A stretch of DNA of 63,804 nt, counting the filler, from Octopus bimaculoides (lineage: Eukaryota): NCBI RefSeq assembly GCF_001194135.2. It is 5 parts of 5 records of this genome, joined end to end, with 100 filler letters (N's around TTAATTAATTAA, not from the genome) between each part and the next. Parts side by side here need not be neighbours in the genome. Positions count along the whole stretch, not along the records: positions 15,558 to 47,377 come from NC_068982.1; 4 more parts are not named here. The stretch is one strand, 5' to 3'. This document shows, one piece after another, positions 25,621-38,109 of this stretch. Below the pieces are notes generated by a model. That model ran no database searches. It saw only the letters and a list, made by a program, of their open reading frames with translations, and was not told the DNA's origin. The first letter of the stretch is position 1; the number at the start of each line of letters is the position of its first letter. The position numbers were made by a program, and so were the translations under genes.

Positions 25621-27081
25621 TTTAAAATAACCATTATGCAAACAGCAATTTATTCTCAAAAGATATATTAATGAAAATACTTCTGTAATGCAAGTTATGA
25701 AATGTGAGCTAATTGGAAAAAAAAAAAAGAAAACTGAAACTACACATCACAGGTGAGTTAATTCATTTATAATTAAATATTACTTTGATATCCAAATTTA
25801 ATAATTTGGGAATTTTATAAATTATATATAAATATTAACAAAACATATCCATTTTTGAGGATTCAAGCTTTGCAAACTTTATCTTTTACCATTTACTGAC
25901 TGATGTAAACAGTTTTCTCAACATTAAATTTAGCTAATAACCTCTTGTATACTAAACTTCATCATTACCATTTTGACATTGACTTTTCCATGCTTGCATA
26001 AGTCAGAAGGTATTAGTTAAGGCAGATTTTCTATAATTGCATGCCCTTCCTGTTGCCAAGTATGGAAATATTTCCCCATGGCCAGGCTTGTTTTCATAGA
26101 AGATTAGAAACAAATGACACCACATGCATGATGGCAATATTCATTTACAGCTAACATGCAATGTCAAGATGAAGAGGCACACATACATAGCAGGATTCTT
26201 TCAGTTTCCATCTGCCAAATCCATTCATGAGGCTTCAGTCAGCCAGGAGCTATTGCTGAAGAGGTGAATATGTGTGGCTTACTGTACAGTATATGGCTCA
26301 ATATTGTAAGGTCATGAGTTTGATTCCTGGCAGTGCATTGTGTCCTTGAACAAAACACTTTATTTCACATTGCTCCAGTCCACTCAGCTGGCAAAACTGA
26401 GTAGTACCTGTATTTCAAAAGGCCAGCCTTGTCACATTCTGCATCACGCTGAATCTCCCTGAGAACTATGCAAAGGGTATACATGCCACTTGCACATTAA
26501 TTTCGTGAGTATGCTGTTCCACTGAATGGATCAACTGGATCCGTCATCGTAACCAATGGAGTGCACCAGTTTACTGTAGAAGACATTTGCCCAAGGTACC
26601 ATGCAGTAGGTAGCCATGCTACAAACCAAGTGCTGCCACATCACCAGACAGAAAATAAGACAGAACCAACATTTCATTAAAATGCAAAGTGAGCAAGGTC
26701 ATTAAATGTAAAGCACTGTACTATAGTCTGGTGTTTTGGTATTTAAAGCAATATAATTATCTGGCTAATTAATGCATTGTAACATTTTAAATAGTGCTGT
26801 TTATAATGTTTTAATTAATGTCGTTTTAGTACATATGCATGAATTTAAAGATTTTAAGATTCTTTTTTTTAAGCACAAATGCACTCCCATTTTACTATTG
26901 GAACTAAGAATTTAACACCCATGCTTTGTGGTTTATAGAAATAAGTTCTAGTTCTATTTAGTCAACAATAACTTCATAATTAAAAAAAAATATTAAAAAA
27001 TTTCTTTCAAATATTCTTTCAAAGCAGTGTATTCTTCTTTTCTAAATCTCTTATAGCAATAGCTTTGTTAATTTAAATATA

Positions 27082-28250
27082 TTAGGTTGTTTCACATGAA
27101 ATGTCGTATTTGAAAGGTAACAATAAAATGTTTCAGAAGTATTAAAGAATTGATTTATTTAAACAAAGTATGATCCAAAAAAATGTTCATTTATGACATT
27201 TACCCTAATATTTCCCTGTCATATATCCCATCTTTAAAAAAAAATTCATCTTTTGCTGTGATAAACTGTCCGAATGCTTCAATTACCTCTTCTCCAAAAT
27301 GTCGCAAAATCTCATAATTCAGGCTGTGCAACTTTTGGACTGTAGCTTGAGGAGTGTGAGGATGTGCATTGTCATGGAGCAAAATTGGGCCATCTCTATT
27401 CACTAGTCTGGGTTGCTTTTTTTTCAAATTCTCATGCATACAATCAATTTCCTGGCAATACGATGTTGCTGTTACCATTTTCCCTTGTTGCAAAAATGAA
27501 TAATGACTAACTCCCTTCGCAGACCACCATACAGTGACCACTAACTTTTTAGGGTGCAATGGTGGGTTTGGGTAGAGTTTAGGTGACTCTCCTGCATCTA
27601 ATCACTGTCCTGTTCTGCTGTTGTCAAAAAGTATCCATTTCTCATCACAAATAATGACTTGATGCAAAAATGGTCTTTTTCCAGTCGAGGAAGCAATAAG
27701 GAGCACACTTCAAGGAGTCTGTTTTTTTTAATCTTGTTCAGTTCATATTGAACAAACCTATCCATTTTCTTGACTTTACTAATTTTTTACATGAGTCCAA
27801 AAAAAGTGGTACAAGATGTTTGGAGTTCGGATGAAAGTTTTCGAACCTTTGTTCTTACATTTTGTTCAACCAAAGCATTTAATCTATCATACCGAATAAC
27901 TGATTTTGGCCTACCCCTTGGTTTATTTTCAAGGCTATCATCTCCTGAATGAGAGCTTTGGAACCATCTCTGAACAGCTGTAATGTCAACAAAACCATTA
28001 CCAAAGGCCTACTTGATATTCCATAGAGCTTTTGCAGCAGAGTGATCCAGTTTGTACTCATATGAGAAAATCACTCAACATAGTTTGGTTGTTATCATTT
28101 TCATAAGGTCTGTGGGTACGAATTTTGTATACCAATATTATTGAGAAAGAAAAAGAGTCAAGATTAAATGCAAGGTATACATAACTGAGCTTTTAAATGA
28201 CTGAAATAACAAGTAATTAAAAATGCGACATTTCATGTGAAACAACCTAA
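27082..28250 (-). mobile_element. Full-length degenerate mariner (cecropia/Hsmar1-like)
   Basis: ~30-bp TIRs ttaggttgtttcacatgaaatgtcg at both ends, TA duplications, transposase pieces HPKKLVVTVWWSAKG and PILLHDNAHPH. Confidence 0.95.
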
Positions 28251-28639
28251 TATTATATAAAATAGTCTCACTTACAAATGCTCAAGATACAAGTTGAAGC
28301 AACACAGAACTTTTCACTCCAGATCAGATTTAATGTCAATTTTGATTTTACTTAGATTTAATGCCGATTTTAACATGCTTGCATGGGTTGGATGGAGTTT
28401 ATTGAAGCAAATTTTCTATGGCTGGAAGCCCTTCCTGTCACCAACCCTCACCTGTTTCCAAACAGGGTAATATTTCCACCATGGCCAGGCATGTTTTCTC
28501 AAAATAATGGAAATGAATAACATTACTTGTATGACAGCAACACAAACTATCATATCATGTCGAGACAAGAAGACAAATCTACAGACACGTTATAGGTTAC
28601 ATATGTGTTGTGTGTGTCTGTGTGTGTGTTTTATCGTCG

Positions 28640-28965
28640 CCTTCCTGGCACTTGTGCCAGTGGCACGTGAAAAGACATTCGAGCGAGTTCGTTGCCAGTC
28701 CCGCTGCACTGGCTTCTGTGCAGGTGGCACGTAAAATACATCATTTTGAGCGTGACTGTTGCCAGTACCCCCTGACTGACTTTTGTGCTGGTGGCACGTA
28801 AAAGCACCCACTACACTCTCTGAGTGGTTGGCGTTAGGAAGGGCAGCCAGCTGTAGAAACTCTGCCAAATCAGATTGGAGCCTGGTGTAGCCATCTGGTT
28901 TCACCAGTCCTCAATCAAATCGTCCAACCCATGCTAGCATGGAAAGCGGACGTTAAACGATGATA
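28640..28965 (+). mobile_element. SINE family D (ggcgttaggaagggca.ccagc core, catgctagcatg..gacgttaaacgatgat tail)
   Basis: Core resembles Deu/Nin-type domain (recalled). Many degenerate relatives, e.g. 18.95k, 23.5k, 26.0k, 28.4k, 37.9k, 51.55k, 55.55k on minus, and 22.4k, 59.2k on plus. Confidence 0.75.
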
Positions 28966-29198
28966 TATATCCCCAACAGGCTTCCTTCAATTTCTGTCTA
29001 TCAAATTCACACACAAGGCTTTGGTTGGCCTAGAGAATAGAAGACATTTGCCCAAAGTGCCTCACAGTGGGACTGAACCTGAAACCATGTGACTGAGAAG
29101 CAAACTTCTTAATACAGCCACACTTGCACTAGATAACAAAAAATATATTTCTCCAATACTTTGTACAAAACAAATATTCATCATACAAAAACTCATAC

Positions 29199-29234
29199 TT
29201 TGTTCTGCTTCATTTTAAACATATCAGATTTATG
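29199..29234 (-). CDS. Candidate 36-nt exon (HKSDMFKMKQNK)
   Basis: caccag acceptor, AAA|GTATGAG donor; only the phase 0 frame is open. Confidence 0.25.
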
Positions 29235-29825
29235 CTGGTGTTACAGTTGACAATACGAAGAATATTATTAAAATCAAACTTGTGAGTAGAGGGGCTACTA
29301 CAGTACACACAAAGTTGTTGATTTATAAATCTGTTCCACCCATGCCAGCATGAAAAAAAAGAGAGGAAAGAAACCTGATGATGTTAGTAATTACAATTTC
29401 ATCCAATGAAATGTGATAAAATTTCCTCCAAAACTGGCATATAATTGCACTGATTTTCAACCAAACTTCAATACAAACATAGTACAATTGGAATAAATAT
29501 TTGACTCAATGAATTAAAAAAAAAATAATGAAAAATATATAATAATTTAGTTCTCAATATTTAGTTTCTGAATATGTTTTGTACAACAATTATAGCCAGC
29601 AATATCTAGCCAATATATGTGACAGTATTTATATTATATTTTGTATCTCATGTGATTTTGGTTTTTCATATAAACCACAGTCCATAGCCAAATAAAATAA
29701 AATAATATTAAATTAATGCCTTGAGATTTAATGACAAATTTCCTCAACTCTAAAACGACAAAGTAATTAAATGGAACACATGTAGGTGAATATGCACAAG
29801 TAACATACACATATCTATCTATCTG

Positions 29826-29873
<48 letters not shown>

Positions 29874-29880
29874 GACACAC

Positions 29881-29913
<33 letters not shown>

Positions 29914-30117
29914 AAGGTTATGAAGGGTATTGAAGTCAACCAAACCCTAAAGATACAGGTAATACCGAGTAAGTGCTGTATACAGACTATTTTTGCCCCT
30001 GTCGTAGCAACATGAGTGGGGAATATAACATAGGTCGTGTATTAGCGTGTGTATGTATAAAGAAAGAAAAGGATAAAGAGACCAATGGCAAAGTTAGAAT
30101 AATATTTTATGTATAAA

Positions 30118-30166
30118 GTCTTACAGCTGTTTCAGGGAAAATCCAATGTATCCCTTCATCGGAGAC
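30118..30166 (-). ncRNA. Type-I hammerhead ribozyme motif, CCGAUGA core
   Basis: GTCT-CCGATGA-AGGGA(loop)TCCCT-GAA-ACAGCTGT-A^-AGAC: stems I, II and III all pair; GUA triplet. Confidence 0.8.
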
Positions 30167-30546
30167 GGTAATAGTGGAAGAATGGATTATTACATCTATA
30201 AGAGGAGATTTGTAGTAAGAAGTGAGACCGATGCAAAGAAGAAACAGTACTTGGAGTATAGTTCCGTTCCATCCATGTAAAGAATCTTTGTGGGTATTTT
30301 CACTCGATTCAAGCTATCCTTTGAGTAAACAACGCACAGAATACTCTGAATATGATAGGATATATAATCACCTTTGCTACTACAATTATCTCCGGAAAAT
30401 ACCCACATTCTTTACATGGATGTTTACTGCTGGAATGGAACTATACTCCAAGTACAGTTTCTTCTTTGTTCTTTCTTCTGCGCATCGCTCTCACTTCTTA
30501 CTACAAATCTCTTATAGATGTAATAATCCATTCTTCTACTATTACC

Positions 30547-30595
30547 GTCTCCGATGAAGGGATATATTGGATTTTCCCTGAAACAACTGTAAGAC
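30547..30595 (+). ncRNA. Type-I hammerhead ribozyme motif, second copy
   Basis: Same as the minus copy but stem III reads ACAACTGT (palindrome broken). Confidence 0.72.
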
Positions 30596-33500
30596 TTTAT
30601 ACATAAAATATCATTCTAACTTTGCCATTGGTCTCTTTATCCTTTTCTTTCTTTATACATATATATATCACTATTTTAATGGTCACATTTTCATGTAGTT
30701 ACTGAAGCAGATATTCTATAGTTGGATACTGTTTCTGTCATCAACACTTATCCGATTCCAAGGTAATATTTCCCCATAGTCAGACTTTTTTTTTTCAGAA
30801 TACTGGAAATGAATGACGCAAATTCCGCTTGACCCATGTAAGTATGGATCAGTGGACATTAAAATGATGATAAACGGGTGCTCACAATATTTATGTAATA
30901 TGATTCATTAAAGTTCTTTTGTTCTAATAACATTCTTAGAAAAAAGTTGTCAAGGAGACTAAGAACTATCTAAGAATATCAAAAATTGAAAAAAGAATTA
31001 TTTGAAGAACACGCAAATCGTGTCTGAAGCATTAAAATGGCCTGTCGCATTCCTCAAACATATACACATAACCAATGAGGTAAATCAACTTATTTGAACC
31101 AAATATTTTCAACCCATATTCTACAGTCTTAGAAAGATGGGCGTATTGTATAATGTTTCTGAGTTAAGTGTGCCTGGAGAGACGACAGGATCATAGCAGG
31201 AATAAGTTTTCTGACCTCGGGTTACGCAAGAAACAAATGAAATCTTTAAAACAAAAGATTTACAACAGATGCGTTTTAAAATTTACAATGAAAGTTATAT
31301 TTGTACTCGAAAGGTATTTTGGCTCCTTGGTGAGACAGGAATGGCAATGAGAACGAAAATGACAAAGCAGAGATAAAAAGATAACCAAAAAGTTTCACAG
31401 AGAGAGAAATTAAAGAAACGAAACGCTAATACAAAAACATCATTGACGAAAATTTTAATATATTGGTACAAAAATCACATCGATAACTATAGGTTTGTGG
31501 AAGTAAAGAAAAAGTTCCAAGGAGTTCCCAATTATAACCAACATGAAAATGGTAACAACGTGAAAATGGTAACAAGTAGTGTCCCAGAATATGTAATCTG
31601 TTTCGATTTCTAACACGAAATCCTTAACGATTTTTCGCTTGACAACAAACATGAAATAAATAAGATTGAAGAGTATTTAATTGCATGAAACAGAGAATTG
31701 GGAATAAAATAGATAAATTTAATAGTTTCTTCAAAACAGGTAGAAGAATATAGTTTTTGCACGTGTCGGTCGCAAAGATTTATTTATTTATTTATTGAGA
31801 ACATAAAGATTGGCGTTTTCTTCATAGCTTTCAAGTATTTCAAAAATATATTTAAACAGCGAATATTTCAAAGGAAAAGTAAACTCAGGTTAGCAGCTAA
31901 TGATCAGAAACAAGTAACTCAGTACTGAAAATAGGAACCTTTCAGTCATAAATGTATTAAACAATACTCTATATTTGTTTCGCTTCTGATGAAACAATGA
32001 AACAGAAATTTATCGCAGTTTTGTGAAATTTGGCTGTTATTTCTAGCATTGGGGAGGGGACTGAAATTTTTAAGTTGCGATTTTTGAAAAATGTTTTTCA
32101 GAATCGGAATCTCCATAAGCCTAAAACATGGGCTTCCGTAAAAAAAAATTTAAGGTGGGGAGGGTTCTGTTTACATCTCCGTCATGTGCACCCACAACAT
32201 AATCGAAACCTTCGAAAACGTTATCTCTGCCAAATTTCGTTTTAAAATATGCATTATTAACAAAGTTATATGAAAAAAAAACAAAAAAAAAAACAGACTG
32301 TGTTGGGATGAGGCACCAAACTAGTTATTCCCATTATTAAATCCTACTATATACCTATTGGCACAAATTTAATTGTCTATATATGGTGCATTTTTTTACA
32401 AAAAAAAATGATTACATCAGCATGTATGTTGTCTCATTAGAAAAGTAGGGTTAGTGAAACAATGGAGCATCAAAGATGCCCTATATCCCTCGGTGCTCGT
32501 GAAACTGTTAGAGGTAGCGTACGAATCTGGACCAGCGCCTAGTTCAAATATTACCAGTGAGAGACTTTACCTTTCATAATCATTAAAATGAACACGAAAT
32601 AACATAATCGATTTAATCAACTATGTGCGCTCACACTATAAAACTAAGCCTGTTCCGAGTCAAAAGAAATCCAATATGCTACGATCGATTATAGCAACCC
32701 TCTTGTCACAAATTTAGTTTTGTAAATAATAATAAGCATTTCTCTTATAGATACAAAGCCTGAAAATTTGAGGGTGAGATGGGTTTTTGACTGGTTTTAT
32801 TTTATCGACTCTGGGAGTATGAAAGGTAAAGTTGACCTCGGCGGAATTTGAACTCAGAAACATCGCTAAGCATTTCGCCCGGCGTGCTAACGATTCTGCC
32901 AACTCGTCGCAATAATAATAAAAGTATTAGGCGATTGATAATAATAATACAAGCACAAGACTTGAAATTTTGATGGGAGGAAACTAGTCAATTACATAGA
33001 ATGATACTTGTTTTATCAACCCCGAAAGGATAAAAGGCAAAGATTTAATAAAAAAAAAATTTCTTTGTTAACCACGATGATGGATTATATATATATTTTT
33101 CTAATTTTGACACGGGGAAAGGGTTACACGATACCACCAACTCCAGTACTCAACTGGTACTTGTTTAATCTACTCCAGGATTTGAACTCAAAACATAAAG
33201 AGCCAAAGAAGTGCATTTTTTGCGCCACTCTAACGATTCTGCCAACCAATAATAATCAGTTTCCATTGATCGTGCGATTACTTGAACGTATCAATTTTTC
33301 CTATTTTGCGTTCCCCTTTAAAATGATAGGCTTTTTATAAATGTTGAAAAGCAATAACAATATTAATAAGCAGTATAACTTGTCAAAATATCAATAATAA
33401 TGACAATAATAATGGTAACGTTTTATTTATGACCAACTTGTTGGAAATAATGAGGAGAAAAAACAAAAACATTATCAGCCGATTGAATCATACTTAATTC

Positions 33501-33833
33501 TTAATAACACAATTAAAACAAATATGACTTGTAATAATGTGAGATATTTATCGCATATGTATTTTTTGTTGCTAATATTTCGTATTTTAACAAACAAAAT
33601 AAAAAGAAAAGTTGGAAGAGGAAATATCAACTTATAAAATATTTCAAAAGTTTTCGTTTAAAAATAACAAATAAGATATAATCTGCCGTTAAAAATGACA
33701 AATATTTTGTAACTCACCTAATCTTTTATATAATGGGGGTGAAATAATATTTATGTATATAGGTTTTCATTCAAATAAATTATCCAGTTTTTGTGCAATA
33801 ATGTAAAAATAATGTTTCCATTTTCAAACGTAC

Positions 33834-33844
33834 CGCGCCGACAT
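33834..33844 (-). CDS. Candidate first coding exon (ATG TCG GCG CG)
   Basis: cactaATGTCGGCGCG|GTACGT next to the promoter motifs; an alternative donor AG|GTGAGT lies at 33718/33717. Confidence 0.3.
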
Positions 33845-33859
33845 TAGTGTAGACTGTGA

Positions 33860-33915
33860 TGATTATTGACCAATGGGAAAACAGAATGCATAATTATACT
33901 GCCCTCTAGCGCCAA
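33860..33915. promoter_or_regulatory. Putative promoter with CCAAT box (33870-33874) and CTCF-like site (33899-33912)
   Basis: gaccaatggg; ctgccctctagcgc reverse-complements to GCGCTAGAGGGCAG, 13/14 match to CCRSYAGRKGGCRS; local CpG retention. Confidence 0.5.
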
Positions 33916-34469
33916 AACAGTATAAACTAACTTAAAACAAACATAGGCCGATAACTCTGTAAGTAAATAAAATATTTTCAAAAGTACACGTTGATAATTA
34001 TTAAAGAAATAAATGAATAAATAAATGAAAACAAATTTTATTTACAATCAAGCATTCTTTGATCCCATACTGAGAGTGGAAATATTAACACTTTATATAC
34101 TTACTTCAAACTCTATTACCTTTTCTATTAACACTATAATGTCCAAGAGGACTTGTTGCATTAGCTCCCCAACGGATGACGGCTCTGGTTTTTTTTTGGT
34201 TTTTTAAAATTTCTTTACCGATTGCTAATGATAATTTTTTACTTGTCGATTTGCGATTATAATCTGATAAAATATCAAATTAAGATTAAGATATAACACT
34301 CGTCCCGATTTTAATTTTATTCCTCGTTTTTGTGACGGCCGTTCCTATAGAATAGAGTCGGAAATTATCTACGGGGTCAAAACTAATTTCTTCGGATCTA
34401 TATCAATGTTACAAGCATGCTAGATTACAATTCTGAACAGACAAAAAAAACTGGGTTTGCATGTTTCTC

Positions 34470-35150
34470 TGCAGGTTAATGAGATCGTCTTGTTTTGCTT
34501 GTAGTTCATGGTCTGCATCCATTATCATCTTACAGCTTCTCTGACATGCATTATTGACTGTCTTTTAATAAGTTCATTTCTTCCATAACTGGAAGCAGGT
34601 TGTAGAAAGTAATGACTGGGAGATGATAATGCTAAGTGTTCTGGATCCTGATCCTATGTCAATTGTGCCAGATGCCAGGTTGAGACTGTCTCTGTGTGGC
34701 CATCACCAAGTGCAGATTCTGAGGCATCCATTTTGATCATTAATGGGTTATCAAACTCAGTTGTTGCAAGACTCACATTTGATAGTTTTGAATTTTAAGT
34801 GTTGATATGGCAGATAATACTTCATTTGAGAGATGCCCAATTTGTTCAATAAATTTTCTGTATTTGGTAAGGCATTGAGTAAGTTTCAAATATTCTGAAA
34901 TCCATTTAGCATAGTATGCAGCAAACCCAATAAGTCTAATCAATTGTGCTAATATTTTTGGATTTGGGTTTAATTCACTTTCTTCATTCACATGTCCAAG
35001 GAAAGATGGCAGAGTGTGATTTGAAGAACATTTCATAGCTGACTCATGTCATTCTGCCAAAGCCCTTGCTTCTCCAAGATAGATCTTGGAAAGCAACAAA
35101 ACATTTGTGAAATGGTACACATTTACAGCCATTTGAGAATTAAATGGTTT
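34470..35150 (-). mobile_element. Gypsy LTR retrotransposon pol remnant (RT C-terminus and RNase H)
   Basis: KC..SFLGHV, LIGFAAYYAKWI (cf. FLGLAGYYRRFI), PLMIKMDASESALG (cf. TDAS..ALG). Confidence 0.8.
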
Positions 35151-36104
35151 AGCCATAAACACAATACAATACCTGTGATAGGATAAAAACTATGAACCAC
35201 TGCTATCAAGTCCAACAAGAACGATGCTTTCACTGATCTTTTAGGTACCTATGTAGTTGTGAGCAGATATCAACACCTTCTTGGCCCTCCCACCCCTGAC
35301 ACAGGTGAAGATCCAGGATGTGACAGTTGAAGGGTGAGAGAGAGGGCTGCTCTAACATTTGGCTGGTAATCATTTACTATTAAGTAGATTGAAAAGTAAC
35401 ATGAAATGAAGTGCCTTGCTCAAAAAAACAATGCAACACCTGGTCCAGGATTTGAACCTATAACATTATGATCATGAGTCCAACACCCTGACTGCTAAGC
35501 TACATACCTTCACTGAAAGGATGCAAAGTACTATGACTTTCAATAGCAAACCAGAATTTAGAAAAAATCTTTTAAACTCTTGTAACCAATATAGCTAAAG
35601 GGAAGGGGCCAATAACATTTTATCTACTTGGTGTTCGTGATATACTGGATAAGAACATTATTATCTTTGCATAAGGTGGTGAAACTAGTAGAATGGCTCA
35701 AGCACTGGAAAAATGCTTTGTAGTATCATGTGTATTCAGTTAGGATTCAGATCTCTGTTAGGTTGTGTCTTAACTCAAAGACCAAATTGGTTACTGACCA
35801 CTGTTCCAAATAATCTCAGCCTTGATTTTGGTTTCAATCAGATCTCTGTCAGGTTTTCTCTTCAACTCAGTTTTCTCTCCATCTCATATTTATTCCTTCT
35901 ATGGGACAACATTCTTCCAAAGACTAAATTGGTCTATGACCACTGTTCCAAAATAATGAGCTTTGCCTTTTGGGTCCAACCCAGGATTCAAATTTCAATT
36001 GTCTGTAATTTCTGCGGTGTAACAGATATTCTTGTCTTATAAAACCAGTGATCTGTTACTGTCTGCAATGTATTCAACAAGAAGAGTAAACATTTCTTTG
36101 AATT

Positions 36105-37261
36105 CTTTTATCTTTTAATTGTTTCAGTCATGTTGGGGCACTGCCTTGAAGAATTTTTAGTTGAATGAATCAACCACAGTACTTATTTTTTTTAAAGCTT
36201 GGTACTTACTCTATTGGTCTCTTTTGCCAAACTGTTAAGTTACAGGGACATAAAACACCAACACCTGTTGTCAGGTAGTAGGAGTGACAAAGACAGACAC
36301 ACTCATAGATATACAGAGGTTGGACAAAATAATGGAAACACCTTAAAATTTCAAATAAATTTATTTTAATATGGAGTAGGACTGCCTTTGGCAGTAATTA
36401 CAGCTTGAATTCTATGAGGTATGGACTCATACAAAGTTTGAATTGTTGCCAAAGGAATTTTTGTCCATTCTTCAGCTAAAACAGTCTCCAGTTCTTGTAG
36501 TGATGATGGTGGAGGATATTGACTTCTTACTTGTTTTTCTAAAATGCACCATAAATGTTCAATAATACTGAGATCTGGGGACTGAGGTGGCCAGATAAAA
36601 TATTCAACTTTACTAGAATGTTCCTAGTGCCATTCAGTACCAAATTTAGCTGTGTGAATTGGTGCATTATCATCCTGAAAGATTGTGTTTCCCTCCAGGA
36701 ACAGTTCCGTAATCAGATAAAATGCTTAAATAGTCTTGACTATTAATTCTGCCAAGAAGGGAAACCATTGGGCCGTCGGATTTCCAAGATATATCCCACC
36801 CCTCCTGCCAGATCAGTACAGATCCTCCTCCATGTTTATCAGTTGGAAGAAGGCAGGCTTATTCAAATGCTTCTTTTGGCTGTCTCCACATGTATACTTG
36901 GCTGGTGGTAGGAAATAAGGTAAAGGATGCCCCCCTCCGAGAAAATAACATTATTCCACTGCTCTAGGGACCAATTCTGTAGGTTTTTACTCCACTCTAA
37001 ACTCTTTGCAATGTTTGTTTTTGAAAGTAGTGGTTTTCTGATTGCAGTCTTCCCATGAAATCTGGCTTTGTGCAGATCTTGGTGAACAGTTCTTGAGGTG
37101 GTCAATCTGAAAAGAAACAGCAATTTTAGCAAAACATTAAGCAACACTAATAATAAATAAAAAAAAAACATGAAAATAAACAAGCTTTTGATGGTTTTAT
37201 AGATATTTCAAAATTACGATGCTATGATGCTAGGTGTTTCCATTATTTTGTCCAACCCCTG

Positions 37262-37302
<41 letters not shown>

Positions 37303-37460
37303 CAGGCTTCTTTCAGTTTTCCCCTACCAAATCCACTCACAAAGCTTTGGCTGACCCAGGGCTAGAGTAGAAGACATTGCCCTAGGTGCCATGCTATGGG
37401 ACTGAGCCTGCAACCATGTGGTTGGGAAGCAAGCTTCTTACCACACAGCTATACCTGTGT
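36105..37460 (-). mobile_element. SINE family A split by a Tc1 insertion
   Basis: Tail at 36105-36305 and head at 37300-37460. Confidence 0.8.
36314..37261 (-). mobile_element. Tc1-like transposon, internally deleted
   Basis: TIR cagaggttggacaaaataatggaaacacc at both ends, TA duplications, RKPLLSK..WNNVIFS and YESIPHRIQAVITAKG. Confidence 0.95.
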
Positions 37461-38109
37461 TTGCCCACACCTTCAGATTGTGGAATAATATTTAGTGAAG
37501 AAGTGATATCTCAGGAAAGAGGTCCAGAATAATGACATAGAGAAGAAAGATGAGTGAAAGATATTCAGATTATAGTTACTAACAAGGATGGGAAACTTGT
37601 GACCTTCTTAGTATCAAGTAACAAGTACAATGTTCTGTGGTTTGTTGAGATTAATCTTTATTCATATGAAAAGATATAAATACAGAGTAGTTGTAATAAT
37701 AAAAATATAACAGCGTCTAAATTGCTGAACTCTAACAAAATAGATAAAAGCTTATGCTAATGCATCACACTGGGTGTAAAGTGAATGAAATATAACTGGC
37801 TATAGAAATCATTCACCCCACGTAAGTACAAAACACATGTAAATGTTATCATCATCATCATCATCATTTTAATTACCATTTTTCTATGCTTGTATGAGTC
37901 AGATCGAATTCATGGAGGCAGGTTTTCTGCAAACAGATGCCTTTTGTGTCTCTAACTCTTACCTGTTTCCAAGCAAGGTAATATTTTCCTATGACCTGAT
38001 ATGTTATTCACAAAAGACTGGAAACAAGCAATCTTGCTTGTATCATGATGATGCACATTTACAATCTCACTTAATGCTTAGATAGGGAACACACAAACAC
38101 AAGGTAGAG

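Larger units (their letters stand above)
30050..30666. mobile_element. Long palindrome (~250-bp arms, ~95-bp spacer), Penelope pLTR-like
   Basis: 30050-30301 is reverse-complementary to 30396-30666; each arm carries a hammerhead motif. Confidence 0.85.

Noticed and set aside
30900-31650. ORFs 31168-31350 and 31455-31652
   Set aside because: Only faint hAT C-terminal resemblance and no usable splice sites; not called.
37490-37545. Plus frame CGIIFSEEVISQERGPE resembling zinc-ribbon or XRCC4 segments
   Set aside because: Short, ends in a stop, and abuts a SINE head; likely chance.
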